This document shows, piece after piece, positions 49,667 through 58,626 of a DNA stretch of 64,000 nt. Both the position numbers and the translations under genes were made by a program. Each line of letters opens with the position of its first letter. Position 1 is the stretch's first letter. Source of the stretch: a virus. Its lineage: Duplodnaviria; Heunggongvirae; Uroviricota; Caudoviricetes. The DNA lies in the IMG/VR virus record IMGVR_UViG_3300020735_000006, positions 35,950 to 99,949 of that record; one strand, given 5' to 3'. The notes beneath the pieces were generated by a model. That model was not told the DNA's origin. It did no database searches and saw only the letters and a list, made by a program, of their open reading frames with translations.

Positions 49667-50679
49667 AGATAAGAGATATTATTCTTGAAGGTGGGTGGGA
49701 CACAACCTTAACACAAGGTACAGTACTGCATCCTAAGATTGTAGCAGTAGCCTTACAAGTTGTAGATAAATTTGTAGCAGATTTTAATGCATCACTAGGT
49801 CCCAGAGTGGCACCTATACGTCGCGGACGTCCGACAGGATCCAGTGCTCATCATGAAGTAGATACACGTGAAGATCCAACTAAAATTTATGGCGACATTG
49901 ATTTACAAATGATCGCGCCCGAAACAGAAGGACAAAGTTATGCACAGTTTACAGCACAGTGGAATAAGCTAACTGATGACTTTGTTAAACAAGGACATGC
50001 TCCTTATGTGGATACAAGTGAAAGCAAACCCGGACATCCTATCTTTGCATTAGGTAACAACCAATTTGTGCAAGTTGATTTTATGTGGCACCCAGAACGT
50101 TTAGAGCAATGGGGTGCGTCACGTGTTACTCCTGAGCGTGGAGTTAAAGGATTGTTACACGGTAATATGTTTAGCGTATTAGGTGAATTACTTGACCTAA
50201 GTATCCAACATGCCGGTGTGCAATTAAAAGTAATAGATGGACAACATGTACCTTTTAGTAAACAAAAAGGTACAGAGGTAGTTACAGTTACGACTAGCCC
50301 AACAACATTTATATACGATATATTTAAGTATTTGGCTCAAGGTCTTGGTATTAAGAATCCTAAGATTAGCCCACTACTAAAACAAAATCCCGGCAATGAC
50401 GTCAATGACGTTAAGATTAGCAAGTTAGTTGAAGGTATTAAAGGCTTTGCTGAAAGTTGTGAAGCAAATGGTATGTTTGGCCAAGGAGACTTAGCAAACT
50501 TTACTTCTGCACAAGACTTTTTACAAAAGTTCCTACAGCGTTACGATGAAAAAGCACAGATAGATATTGCTGGCAAGAAACGTGATAAAGCAACGACACC
50601 AGAAGCTAAAGCACGTGCTGAGCAAGATAGACAAAAAATACAACAAGGTTTAGACATGGTTAAGGGTTATTTTAAATGA
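49636..50679 (+). CDS. Nucleotidyltransferase-fold protein (candidate, second copy)
   Basis: GSSAHH…KIYGDIDLQMI, an NTase-like motif. Confidence 0.35.
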   Translation: MVPQDGTPNMKIRDIILEGGWDTTLTQGTVLHPKIVAVALQVVDKFVADFNASLGPRVAPIRRGRPTGSSAHHEVDTREDPTKIYGDIDLQMIAPETEGQSYAQFTAQWNKLTDDFVKQGHAPYVDTSESKPGHPIFALGNNQFVQVDFMWHPERLEQWGASRVTPERGVKGLLHGNMFSVLGELLDLSIQHAGVQLKVIDGQHVPFSKQKGTEVVTVTTSPTTFIYDIFKYLAQGLGIKNPKISPLLKQNPGNDVNDVKISKLVEGIKGFAESCEANGMFGQGDLANFTSAQDFLQKFLQRYDEKAQIDIAGKKRDKATTPEAKARAEQDRQKIQQGLDMVKGYFK

Positions 50680-51764
50680 GATTAGATTTTATTAATAATA
50701 TTCTAGTTGAAGAACGCACCGGAGCTCAACCGCATCCAGAGGATGCAATATTTGATGGCGCTGATGTTGCCAAACAAGCGTTACAATCATTGCAATTTGT
50801 TATTAAGAACCCGCAATCAGTTACAATTAAATTTGACGGATTTCCGGCATTAATATTTGGTCGTATGCGTGATGGTAGATTTACAGTACAAGACAAATAT
50901 ATGTTTGATGCTAAGTACTTTGCTGATAGTCCTAAGAAATGGGAAGAATACGATTTACAGAAGAAATCAGGAAAAACACGTCCAGATTTATATGCTAAAT
51001 TAACAAATATCTGGCGCGGCCTAGAAGAAGCAGTAGGATCAAGTACAGGCTTTTTCTGGGGAGATCTATTGTGGTGGAATCAATTAACGCCTGTTAATGG
51101 TGCGTACGTGTTTAAACCAAATGTAGTAGAATACCATATACCTGCTAAGAGTACACTAGGTCAATCAATCGGACGTAGTGTAGGTGGTGTTGTAGTACAC
51201 CAATACTTTACCGACGATAGTGCAAAACCTGCACAGTGGAACGGCCAAGGCCTTAAACAAAATGGTTCAGTTGTTATATTAACTCCTAGTGCAGGTATTA
51301 AATTTAAGTTAGATGATCCTGTGCAGTTGACTAAAGGTGCTAACAATGCAGTTAGTCAATATGGTAATGTAGCAGAACAATTCCTAGCAGGTTTACCTGG
51401 AGTTGTTCGCCAAGCATTGCAAAAGTTTTTAAATAAAAAGATTACAGGACAAACTAACGAAGAGTTAGGACCATGGTTAGAACATAATGTTAGTGCTAAA
51501 CAATACAAGTTTCTAGTAGGGGAAGATGCCGGCGGATATCTATATCAAAACGAAAACGGTTTAAAAGCCCTATTTGCTATATGGAACGCGGTATATGCTT
51601 TAAAAATCAATTTAGCCAACCAGCTAGAAGGGCAAGTGCAAGGAATTCAGCAATTTGTCAACGGAAAACAACAAGGTGAGGGCTTTGTGTTTAATACACC
51701 GCAGGGACTGGTAAAATTAGTCAATCGCGGAACATTCAGTGCAGCTTTATTTGCAAAAGAGTAG
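50676..51764 (+). CDS. Possible nucleotidyl-transferring ligase-like protein
   Basis: TIKFDGFP contains a KxDG motif I, as in covalent nucleotidyltransferases (ligases / capping enzymes). Assignment weak. Confidence 0.3.
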   Translation: MRLDFINNILVEERTGAQPHPEDAIFDGADVAKQALQSLQFVIKNPQSVTIKFDGFPALIFGRMRDGRFTVQDKYMFDAKYFADSPKKWEEYDLQKKSGKTRPDLYAKLTNIWRGLEEAVGSSTGFFWGDLLWWNQLTPVNGAYVFKPNVVEYHIPAKSTLGQSIGRSVGGVVVHQYFTDDSAKPAQWNGQGLKQNGSVVILTPSAGIKFKLDDPVQLTKGANNAVSQYGNVAEQFLAGLPGVVRQALQKFLNKKITGQTNEELGPWLEHNVSAKQYKFLVGEDAGGYLYQNENGLKALFAIWNAVYALKINLANQLEGQVQGIQQFVNGKQQGEGFVFNTPQGLVKLVNRGTFSAALFAKE

Positions 51765-51790
51765 AGAAAATACAGTTTTTTACTAGTTTG

Positions 51791-51798
51791 TATAAATA
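51791..51798 (+). promoter_or_regulatory. TATAAATA box (T4-late-promoter-like)
   Basis: Exact TATAAATA in an AT-rich leader 41 nt upstream of the ORF at 51839. Confidence 0.35.
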
Positions 51799-51838
51799 AA
51801 TGTATGCAGAGATGCACATATATTAAGGAGATTTAAAA

Positions 51839-52249
51839 ATGGCAATCCAAACACGTTATGCAGGTGATGCAAATGGCGTTAACAACGTTGACGCAAAATA
51901 TGATGGTACATTAGCTACTATTATCGCTACAGGGTTAACAAAAAACCCAACAGCAATTAAAGTTTTATTAGGCGCACCTGGTGCAGCACAAACTTTTGTT
52001 GCCGGTGATTCAGCAACTGGTGGTCCTGTTGAAGCAATCCTAAAGCAAATCGCTATTGACTCTACAATCGTTATGTATCAAGTTGATACAGACCGTTTAA
52101 GTGTTTTAGTTGAAGCTACAGGTAACACAACTACAGCTATCGCTACACGTATTGCTTCTTTAGGCAATGCTAGTGTAACTTTAGGTACAGGTAACATTTG
52201 GGCTAACGCTACAACAGTTACAAGTACAACAGGTTTCAAAATCGCTTAA
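51839..52249 (+). CDS. Hypothetical Ala/Thr/Gly-rich protein, likely abundant structural/decoration protein
   Basis: Own promoter-like leader with RBS AAGGAG, and a strong terminator immediately downstream. 136 aa of low-complexity beta-rich sequence. Confidence 0.45.
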   Translation: MAIQTRYAGDANGVNNVDAKYDGTLATIIATGLTKNPTAIKVLLGAPGAAQTFVAGDSATGGPVEAILKQIAIDSTIVMYQVDTDRLSVLVEATGNTTTAIATRIASLGNASVTLGTGNIWANATTVTSTTGFKIA

Positions 52250-52271
52250 TAGCTTTTTTAAACAAATAAAG

Positions 52272-52297
52272 AAAGCACTTTTTAAGTGCTTTTTTTA
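52272..52297 (+). terminator. Rho-independent terminator
   Basis: AAGCACT-TTTTA-AGTGCTT hairpin followed by TTTTTT. Confidence 0.75.
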
Positions 52298-52309
52298 TGG
52301 CCGCTAAAT

Positions 52310-52744
52310 ATGTTTATGTCCAGCAATTTATATTTCTTCCAAGGTTACAGTCTAGTAGATATTACAGCAACTGGAATAACCCGCGGTAGTAACGATAGTA
52401 TGGAACGTAATCAACAACGCAACTGGGAAACAGTCTTACAATGCATTGGTCTACGTACACAGCCACACTATATACACGATCCTATTACTGCTGATCTTGA
52501 TGTAGGTAATTTAGAGTTTGGGGACTTTTATAATGGACAACAAAAGATTTGGATGTGGCAATGGGCAGTTGAAGGATCGGGCATATACGATTTACCAGGA
52601 AAAGAACTAGGTGGAATACATCAAGACTTTGAACAAGTTCCTATAGTAACAGGACTAATAGAAACAGCACGTTTTATGTTACCTATTTTTTATCCATACG
52701 GGTCTATCAAAAACATCTACTTTAAACAGATTATACCTGCATAA
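52310..52744 (+). CDS. Hypothetical protein
   Basis: Start placed at the first ATG after the terminator (52310). The track start at 52286 lies inside the terminator hairpin. Confidence 0.4.
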   Translation: MFMSSNLYFFQGYSLVDITATGITRGSNDSMERNQQRNWETVLQCIGLRTQPHYIHDPITADLDVGNLEFGDFYNGQQKIWMWQWAVEGSGIYDLPGKELGGIHQDFEQVPIVTGLIETARFMLPIFYPYGSIKNIYFKQIIPA

Positions 52745-52837
52745 ATAGTATAGATGCCCCGGCACACATTATGGCTCATTATCAAGGCACAGTACAGGCT
52801 CATTAAAAAGCATTACTTATAAACAGGAACAGCAAGT

Positions 52838-53095
52838 ATGGCCACCACAGAAATTGAAAAGAAGAGTCTAGAGGCGCATGTAGAGCTTTGTGCAGAAAGA
52901 TACTCCAATTTGGAAACTAAATTAGAAAACCTAGATTATCGTATGGACAAAATTGAAGGTCATATAGTTGACATCAAAGACAGCCTTGGTAAAGTAGGCG
53001 GAGAAAGTAACAAAACATTGATCACAATTGGCACGGCAGTATTTGTAGCGATGTTAACTGGAATGATCGGTGTAGTATTACACCTTATTAAATGA
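52838..53095 (+). CDS. Coiled-coil protein with C-terminal transmembrane helix (holin-like topology)
   Basis: 85 aa. N-terminal heptad-like region. C-terminal LITIGTAVFVAMLTGMIGVVLHLI. Confidence 0.4.
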   Translation: MATTEIEKKSLEAHVELCAERYSNLETKLENLDYRMDKIEGHIVDIKDSLGKVGGESNKTLITIGTAVFVAMLTGMIGVVLHLIK

Positions 53096-53301
53096 AAATA
53101 GTAGAATTACTAAACAACGTTCAATTAAGTTTGAACAACGAACAAGCAGATCTGTTGGGCAGGTTCCAACACGAATCTAAAATAGAAAAGAATAAGCTCG
53201 ACGAGCGCGAGCAACTAATAGCTAATCAACTAACGATGCAAGATGTATTATTGCGTCGGAATGAAAATGGTCAAATCATATACACGAAAAAAATTCGTTA
53301 A
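53092..53301 (+). CDS. Hypothetical small protein
   Basis: 69-aa ORF, ATGA-coupled. Confidence 0.4.
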   Translation: MKIVELLNNVQLSLNNEQADLLGRFQHESKIEKNKLDEREQLIANQLTMQDVLLRRNENGQIIYTKKIR

Positions 53302-53812
53302 GAAACAAGCAACAACTAAAATAGATCCTAGAGTAACAACTGAACTAAATTATGCCACTGATTATATTAAACAGTGGACTAAGCGTGAGCTGGGCAAACT
53401 ACAGGAAAATCAAGATACAAGCATTTGTATTCCAACTAACAGTGGATACAGAATTGGCTTGTACAATCTACGAGTGTATCCTAATAAAACCTGTGAATTG
53501 TTTGATCGTAACGATGAACTAGTACATACATTTGAGCACAAAATTAGTGCTATACTTTACACTATATACACCATTAAACGTAGATATCGCGACGCAGATG
53601 ATATTATACGAATAGATACAGATATAAATAAAAACTATACAGACATGCTTACATTGCGTCGGGGTATTACACGTGCTACCCTAGAAAAAGACTATGTAGC
53701 ACTTGATAGCAGACAAAATAGACTTGAAATAGCCGAACGAGAGTTAGAGCTGGCCAGGGCTAAAATGATGCAAATACATCACTATGCAAAGTTAACAAAA
53801 GTTTGGGCATAG
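53243..53812 (+). CDS. Hypothetical protein
   Basis: 189-aa ORF. Start uncertain; overlaps the previous ORF. Confidence 0.4.
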   Translation: MYYCVGMKMVKSYTRKKFVKKQATTKIDPRVTTELNYATDYIKQWTKRELGKLQENQDTSICIPTNSGYRIGLYNLRVYPNKTCELFDRNDELVHTFEHKISAILYTIYTIKRRYRDADDIIRIDTDINKNYTDMLTLRRGITRATLEKDYVALDSRQNRLEIAERELELARAKMMQIHHYAKLTKVWA

Positions 53813-53847
53813 ACATAAATACTACATAAAGTTTAGGAATATAAACA

Positions 53848-54561
53848 ATGAGACTCTCAGAAATGCGTACCGAAGTAACCCCACAGAAGATTAACAAAAT
53901 CGTTGAAAGCCGTTTTGGATTTTCTATTGATTATGATAATTTAACTTATGCTAAAGCTAAACGCTTAACACAAGCATTGGGTGAAAACATCACACAAATT
54001 AAAAAATCTTTTGGCAGCCATACTGCTGAAAAGAATAGCAAGTATATGGAACTTATGCTTGTTAAAGAAGGCCTAGATAAATGGCTATCAAGCGAACAAG
54101 GTTTGTTTGAAAGCGAAATGGGTCGTTCAGAAGCTGTTCTAGCTGCTAAGGATATTGTTGATAGCCTACAAGATATGTTAGAAAAAGTTTCTAAAGTACA
54201 AAACGAACAAATCCCTGCTTTAGTTGACACTATCCGTGATCAAATTGGTAGCGAACAAGCTGAAGCATTTAAAGGTGCTATTACTCCTGTTCTAACTAGT
54301 TTATATCAATCATTAAGTACTGGCCGTGAATCAACAGACACAGCAGTACGTCAATTAGCCGGTGAAGAAGCTCCAGCCGGTGACATGGACTTTGGTGGCG
54401 AAGAAGGCGGATTTGGCGGTGATGAACCGGGCGGCGAAGAAGGCGGATTTGGCGGTGATGAATTAGGAGCCCCTCCTGAATCAGACCTAGACACAGACAG
54501 CTTTAATGCTACTGATGCTGCTGCTGGTGGCGAAGAAGAATTAGGCCGCGAGCGTCGTTAA
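53848..54561 (+). CDS. Acidic Gly-rich repeat protein (scaffold/internal-protein-like)
   Basis: C-terminal GGEEGGFGGDEPGGEEGGFGGDELG repeats. Overall acidic and helical. Confidence 0.45.
   Translation: MRLSEMRTEVTPQKINKIVESRFGFSIDYDNLTYAKAKRLTQALGENITQIKKSFGSHTAEKNSKYMELMLVKEGLDKWLSSEQGLFESEMGRSEAVLAAKDIVDSLQDMLEKVSKVQNEQIPALVDTIRDQIGSEQAEAFKGAITPVLTSLYQSLSTGRESTDTAVRQLAGEEAPAGDMDFGGEEGGFGGDEPGGEEGGFGGDELGAPPESDLDTDSFNATDAAAGGEEELGRERR
54397..54462 (+). repeat. Direct tandem repeat, 2 x 30-nt unit with 36-bp period
   Basis: GGCGAAGAAGGCGGATTTGGCGGTGATGAA occurs at 54397 and 54433. Confidence 0.9.
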
Positions 54562-54562
54562 T

Positions 54563-54985
54563 ATGAAAATACGTGACATTCTAGAGTCGTTTGAATTAGC
54601 CGATGAAGCAATTGAAGATGAAGCAGATAGCCGTGGCGATTCTGCTTTAATCACCGCTCTAGAGTGGCTACGTAATGAAGCACAAAATAGTTCAGCAATA
54701 ACACCACGTGTTAAAGTTGATACTGTAATTGACCGTGTTCGCAATATTCCCGGTAATGAAGCATTTAACTATGCAGCATTAGAAGGTGCAAGAGAGCATA
54801 ATGATATAGTTAAGTCGTTAATTAAAGACATCAAAGATGATGACAAGACTGGTTCCAAGTACGTATACCTGGCACTACCAGAAAACACAATCGATCCAAA
54901 TGATCCCTTGGGCGCTCAAACTGCTGCTCCTGGTGACTCAAGTAAGATTGTTTCTAAAATGGCTAATCGCGCCGCAACCAAGTAA
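54563..54985 (+). CDS. Hypothetical protein
   Basis: 140-aa acidic ORF. Confidence 0.45.
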   Translation: MKIRDILESFELADEAIEDEADSRGDSALITALEWLRNEAQNSSAITPRVKVDTVIDRVRNIPGNEAFNYAALEGAREHNDIVKSLIKDIKDDDKTGSKYVYLALPENTIDPNDPLGAQTAAPGDSSKIVSKMANRAATK

Positions 54986-55001
54986 TTTACCTATTTAAAT
55001 A

Positions 55002-56084
55002 ATGTTAGTTTACAGTGATAGTGATATCATCGATAATGAGTGGTTGCCTAAATTTAATTTAGGTGACTATACTATATCTCATAGTTTTGAAGAATACCGA
55101 GATACCTCTGCGACAGTAAAAATTGCATTTACCATGCATAGATTACATTGCACCCATGATATTAACTGCACAGCATATCAAGGCTTTGAAGACAAAATCA
55201 ATCAATTAAGTTCTATTAGTAATTTAGTGTTTACATTCGAAAGTGAATTGCATAATTACCATTGGCGTATGTGGGAACAATGTCATCACGACAATGTCTA
55301 TTGGGTACTTCCCGGGCAAGTTAACACAAAAATGAATGATCATCTCATATTTTGGGGAGACTGGTTTAAAACAACCACATACATTTATAAAGAGTTGCCA
55401 GCACAATTATCTAATATAACAACATATCAAGTAAAACCAAAGTATTTTGATGCATTGCTTGGTAGTCCTAAACCACACAGAGATTTTGTAGCAACTGCTG
55501 TACAGAAAAATAATTTACAGGATAAGTTTATTATGACCTATGGTGGCAAATGGGATGATAATCAATTCTATGCCAAAGATTATTTTGTCTGGGAACCGGG
55601 GGTTGAGGTAATAGGAGAACAGCAACCTGGCACAGCTGGTCCAGTTAAATATTACGGGGTATATACTGGATTAAGTCGTGTAATACCTATTCAAGTCTTC
55701 AATGATACTGCCTATAGTATTATTACAGAAACAGATCACGACAATACATTAAGTTTCTTTAGTGAGAAAACTGCTAAACCAATGATTGCACGTAGATTGT
55801 TTATTGCGTTTACTGGTTATAAGTTTTTACAAAATCTACATAGACTAGGATTTCAAACATTTAGTAATGTAATTGACGAAAGTTACGATTTTATTGAAAA
55901 CGATAATGATCGTTATGCCGCAGCATTTGAACAAGTAAAACAATTATGTAATAGAGACCAAGCAGAAGTATATCAATTAATTCGTCCCATGCTAGAACAT
56001 AATTACAATCATATTATGACAACAGATTGGACTATGTTTGCTGCAGAACAAATTAATCAGGTACTTGATCAGCAACTAGTTTAG
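55002..56084 (+). CDS. Hypothetical protein
   Basis: 360-aa ORF. Confidence 0.5.
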   Translation: MLVYSDSDIIDNEWLPKFNLGDYTISHSFEEYRDTSATVKIAFTMHRLHCTHDINCTAYQGFEDKINQLSSISNLVFTFESELHNYHWRMWEQCHHDNVYWVLPGQVNTKMNDHLIFWGDWFKTTTYIYKELPAQLSNITTYQVKPKYFDALLGSPKPHRDFVATAVQKNNLQDKFIMTYGGKWDDNQFYAKDYFVWEPGVEVIGEQQPGTAGPVKYYGVYTGLSRVIPIQVFNDTAYSIITETDHDNTLSFFSEKTAKPMIARRLFIAFTGYKFLQNLHRLGFQTFSNVIDESYDFIENDNDRYAAAFEQVKQLCNRDQAEVYQLIRPMLEHNYNHIMTTDWTMFAAEQINQVLDQQLV

Positions 56085-56799
56085 CCCAAGCAACATGAGC
56101 ATCTGGGCCTGGATGAAATCCATCCTCCATGAAGTTATTCATTTCTTTAGCAACATCATAGATACATTGTTTATCATTGCCGGCAAATATCCACTGACTA
56201 AAATCTATTTCGTCTATTAGATATTTTAACTCAGGGAAATCTAATAGACCGAAGTCGCCATTGGGACTTAGATTCTTACCTGTGGTCCAATAGTTTACAT
56301 AACTCATAAACTTAAATGGAATACCTTTAGCTTTTAAATAGTTTTGTAGTTTTATAATTTCCATTAAGTTAATTGTTGCTAAACTTAGTTCACTACTAAC
56401 TTTATACATTTCATAAAACATCTTGTGTGCAACAGGATGTTTAAACCAAGTACCCATCTGTCCACCACTAAAGATCCATCCTAGTTTACCATTGGGTAAT
56501 CTTCGAAAGAATCCATAACTATCAAATAATGCTTCCCATGCACTATCCTCTAAGCTAGTTAAGTAGTCTAATCGACTAACACCAGACCACATAACAAGAA
56601 CTTGGTCGTACTGATCAGTAAGTGTTCCCCTAATTATGCTGTCACAAATATATTGATTTCCAGCCGCAGCTTCTGCAAGTGTTGTAATTTCATATTCGGG
56701 TAGGATCTCTTTAAGATATTTGGGCCAACAAACATTTAGTCCACCCGGATATTCAGGCCATTGCGTAAAGCTACATCCACTTATTAGAATTTTCATCAA
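56053..56799 (-). CDS. SGNH-hydrolase-like protein (paralog 4)
   Basis: N-terminal ILISGCSFTQW (same position as the GDS block of paralogs 1-3). C-terminal EDGFHPGPDAH is a DGxHP block-V signature. Confidence 0.5.
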   Translation of the reverse strand: MMKILISGCSFTQWPEYPGGLNVCWPKYLKEILPEYEITTLAEAAAGNQYICDSIIRGTLTDQYDQVLVMWSGVSRLDYLTSLEDSAWEALFDSYGFFRRLPNGKLGWIFSGGQMGTWFKHPVAHKMFYEMYKVSSELSLATINLMEIIKLQNYLKAKGIPFKFMSYVNYWTTGKNLSPNGDFGLLDFPELKYLIDEIDFSQWIFAGNDKQCIYDVAKEMNNFMEDGFHPGPDAHVAWAKLVADQVPD

Positions 56800-56842
56800 A
56801 ATATTTATTGATTAATGCTGGCACTGATGTTATAATTACAGT

Positions 56843-57553
56843 ATGATTATCCACAAATTTAACTACGCACCTATTAACCGAACTACTGTAGAAGGTAAAA
56901 GACATTATGCTTTACCCACAGGGGATAAAGTACCTAGTGTAACAACTATTTTGGACAAAACTAAAAGCGACGAATCTCGAGCCGCACTAGCACAGTGGCG
57001 TAAAAACGTAGGAGAAGTCAGGGCACAACAAATTACTACAGAAGCCGCTAACCGCGGAACACGTATGCATGCCTACTTAGAACAGTATGCACTTAATGAT
57101 GATTTAAAGCCCTTGCCTAATAATCCCTATGCACACCCCAGTTGGTTCATGGCCGCAGAAGTTATCCTTAAAGGATTGTCTAATGTAAATGAATTTTGGG
57201 GTGTTGAGGTCCCTGTTTATTATAGTGGCTTATATGCTGGCACAACTGATTGTGTTGGTGTGTGGAAAGGTCGTCCTGCAATTATAGACTTTAAACAAAG
57301 TAATAAAGTTAAAAAGCGTGAATACATTAGCGATTACTTTATACAATTAGCCGCATACGCACAGGCTCACAATGTTACACACGGCACTGATATTAATTGT
57401 GGTGTAATTATGATGGCTGTACAGCCAAAAGAGCTAGGTGATGGCACCCTTTCGACACCAGAATACCTAGAATTTGTTGTTGAAGGTGACGAGTTTGCAT
57501 ATTGGACAGAGGAATGGACAAAACGTGTAGAGCTGTATTACTTGACTGCATAA
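56843..57553 (+). CDS. PD-(D/E)xK-fold nuclease-like protein (candidate)
   Basis: …GTTDCVGV…AIIDFKQS… gives a D…(D/E)xK arrangement. Confidence 0.35.
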   Translation: MIIHKFNYAPINRTTVEGKRHYALPTGDKVPSVTTILDKTKSDESRAALAQWRKNVGEVRAQQITTEAANRGTRMHAYLEQYALNDDLKPLPNNPYAHPSWFMAAEVILKGLSNVNEFWGVEVPVYYSGLYAGTTDCVGVWKGRPAIIDFKQSNKVKKREYISDYFIQLAAYAQAHNVTHGTDINCGVIMMAVQPKELGDGTLSTPEYLEFVVEGDEFAYWTEEWTKRVELYYLTA

Positions 57554-57581
57554 ATACATTATATTTCAGGATTAGTATAAA

Positions 57582-58157
57582 ATGGCAATTGTTCAAATCA
57601 GTAAAATTCAACAGCGAAGAGGTCTACAACAAGACTTACCAGCATTAGCAGCCGGCGAAATTGGCTGGACCATTGATTCTCGTAGAGCATATATCGGCAA
57701 TGGTACCATTGAAGAAGGAGCCCCAACTGAGGGTATTACAGAATTATTAACACAATACTCAATTGTTGATTTTACCACCGGATTTGTTAGCAATGTACAA
57801 GCATTAGAAAGCAATGTGGCTACATTACAAGGTAATATTTTAAATATTTCCACGTCAATGGCAGGATTGCAAAGTATCTCAGCTACCTTGGTTGGACCAT
57901 CATCTGGAACTGTTAATTCGATGACTGCCAACAATGTTGTAATTAGTTACACACTAACACAGGGTTCAAAGCAACGCACCGGACAAATTAAATTAAGTCG
58001 CGTGGGTACGGCTGTTAGCTACGACGAAGATTATACTGAAACAGCTACAACAGATATTTCGTTTAGTTTTAATGCTTCGTCTGGTACAAAATCCGACTTT
58101 AACTATTCCACCACTACAACAACATCCTTATTATATAGAGTAGTAACACAGCCTTAA
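57582..58157 (+). CDS. Tail-fibre-N-terminal-motif protein (short fibre/adaptor candidate)
   Basis: QQRRGLQQDLPALAAGEIGWTIDSRRAYIGNGT shares the RRG…GE.G…D…IG.G motif with the tail fibre at 42759. CATAAATA box 26 nt upstream. Confidence 0.5.
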   Translation: MAIVQISKIQQRRGLQQDLPALAAGEIGWTIDSRRAYIGNGTIEEGAPTEGITELLTQYSIVDFTTGFVSNVQALESNVATLQGNILNISTSMAGLQSISATLVGPSSGTVNSMTANNVVISYTLTQGSKQRTGQIKLSRVGTAVSYDEDYTETATTDISFSFNASSGTKSDFNYSTTTTTSLLYRVVTQP

Positions 58158-58167
58158 CCAATTATAC

Positions 58168-58617
58168 ATGTGGAAACTTGATACTGCTGGGCGAATAGCC
58201 CAGTGGCGTGACTTTCGAAAATCGCTAGACGAATTACCATTTGATCAAGCATTAGACCAAGTTGCCAATCTTTGGCAAACGGTACCTTTCTGCCCTTACA
58301 ACTTAGATCCCGACAAACCGGAGAGTTGGCCAGATCCATGGACATTAATTTACGAAAATGTCTATTGCGATATTGCTAAGTGTTTGGGGATAGTGTATAC
58401 TATATTATTAAGCAAGCATGGCACGAATTTAAATGTAGAATTTAGAGTATATCAAGATCCTAAGACAAGATACAACTATAATTTAGCTTGGTTTAACAAA
58501 GGAAAATATATACTTAATATGGTCGACGGAGAAGTGTTAAATAACACACAGTTCAATAAAACATTAAAGTTAATTAAAACGCATACAGCAGTAGAATTAC
58601 AATTAGATAATTTTTAA
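58168..58617 (+). CDS. Hypothetical protein
   Basis: 149-aa ORF. Confidence 0.45.
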   Translation: MWKLDTAGRIAQWRDFRKSLDELPFDQALDQVANLWQTVPFCPYNLDPDKPESWPDPWTLIYENVYCDIAKCLGIVYTILLSKHGTNLNVEFRVYQDPKTRYNYNLAWFNKGKYILNMVDGEVLNNTQFNKTLKLIKTHTAVELQLDNF

Positions 58618-58626
58618 GAGAAATCA

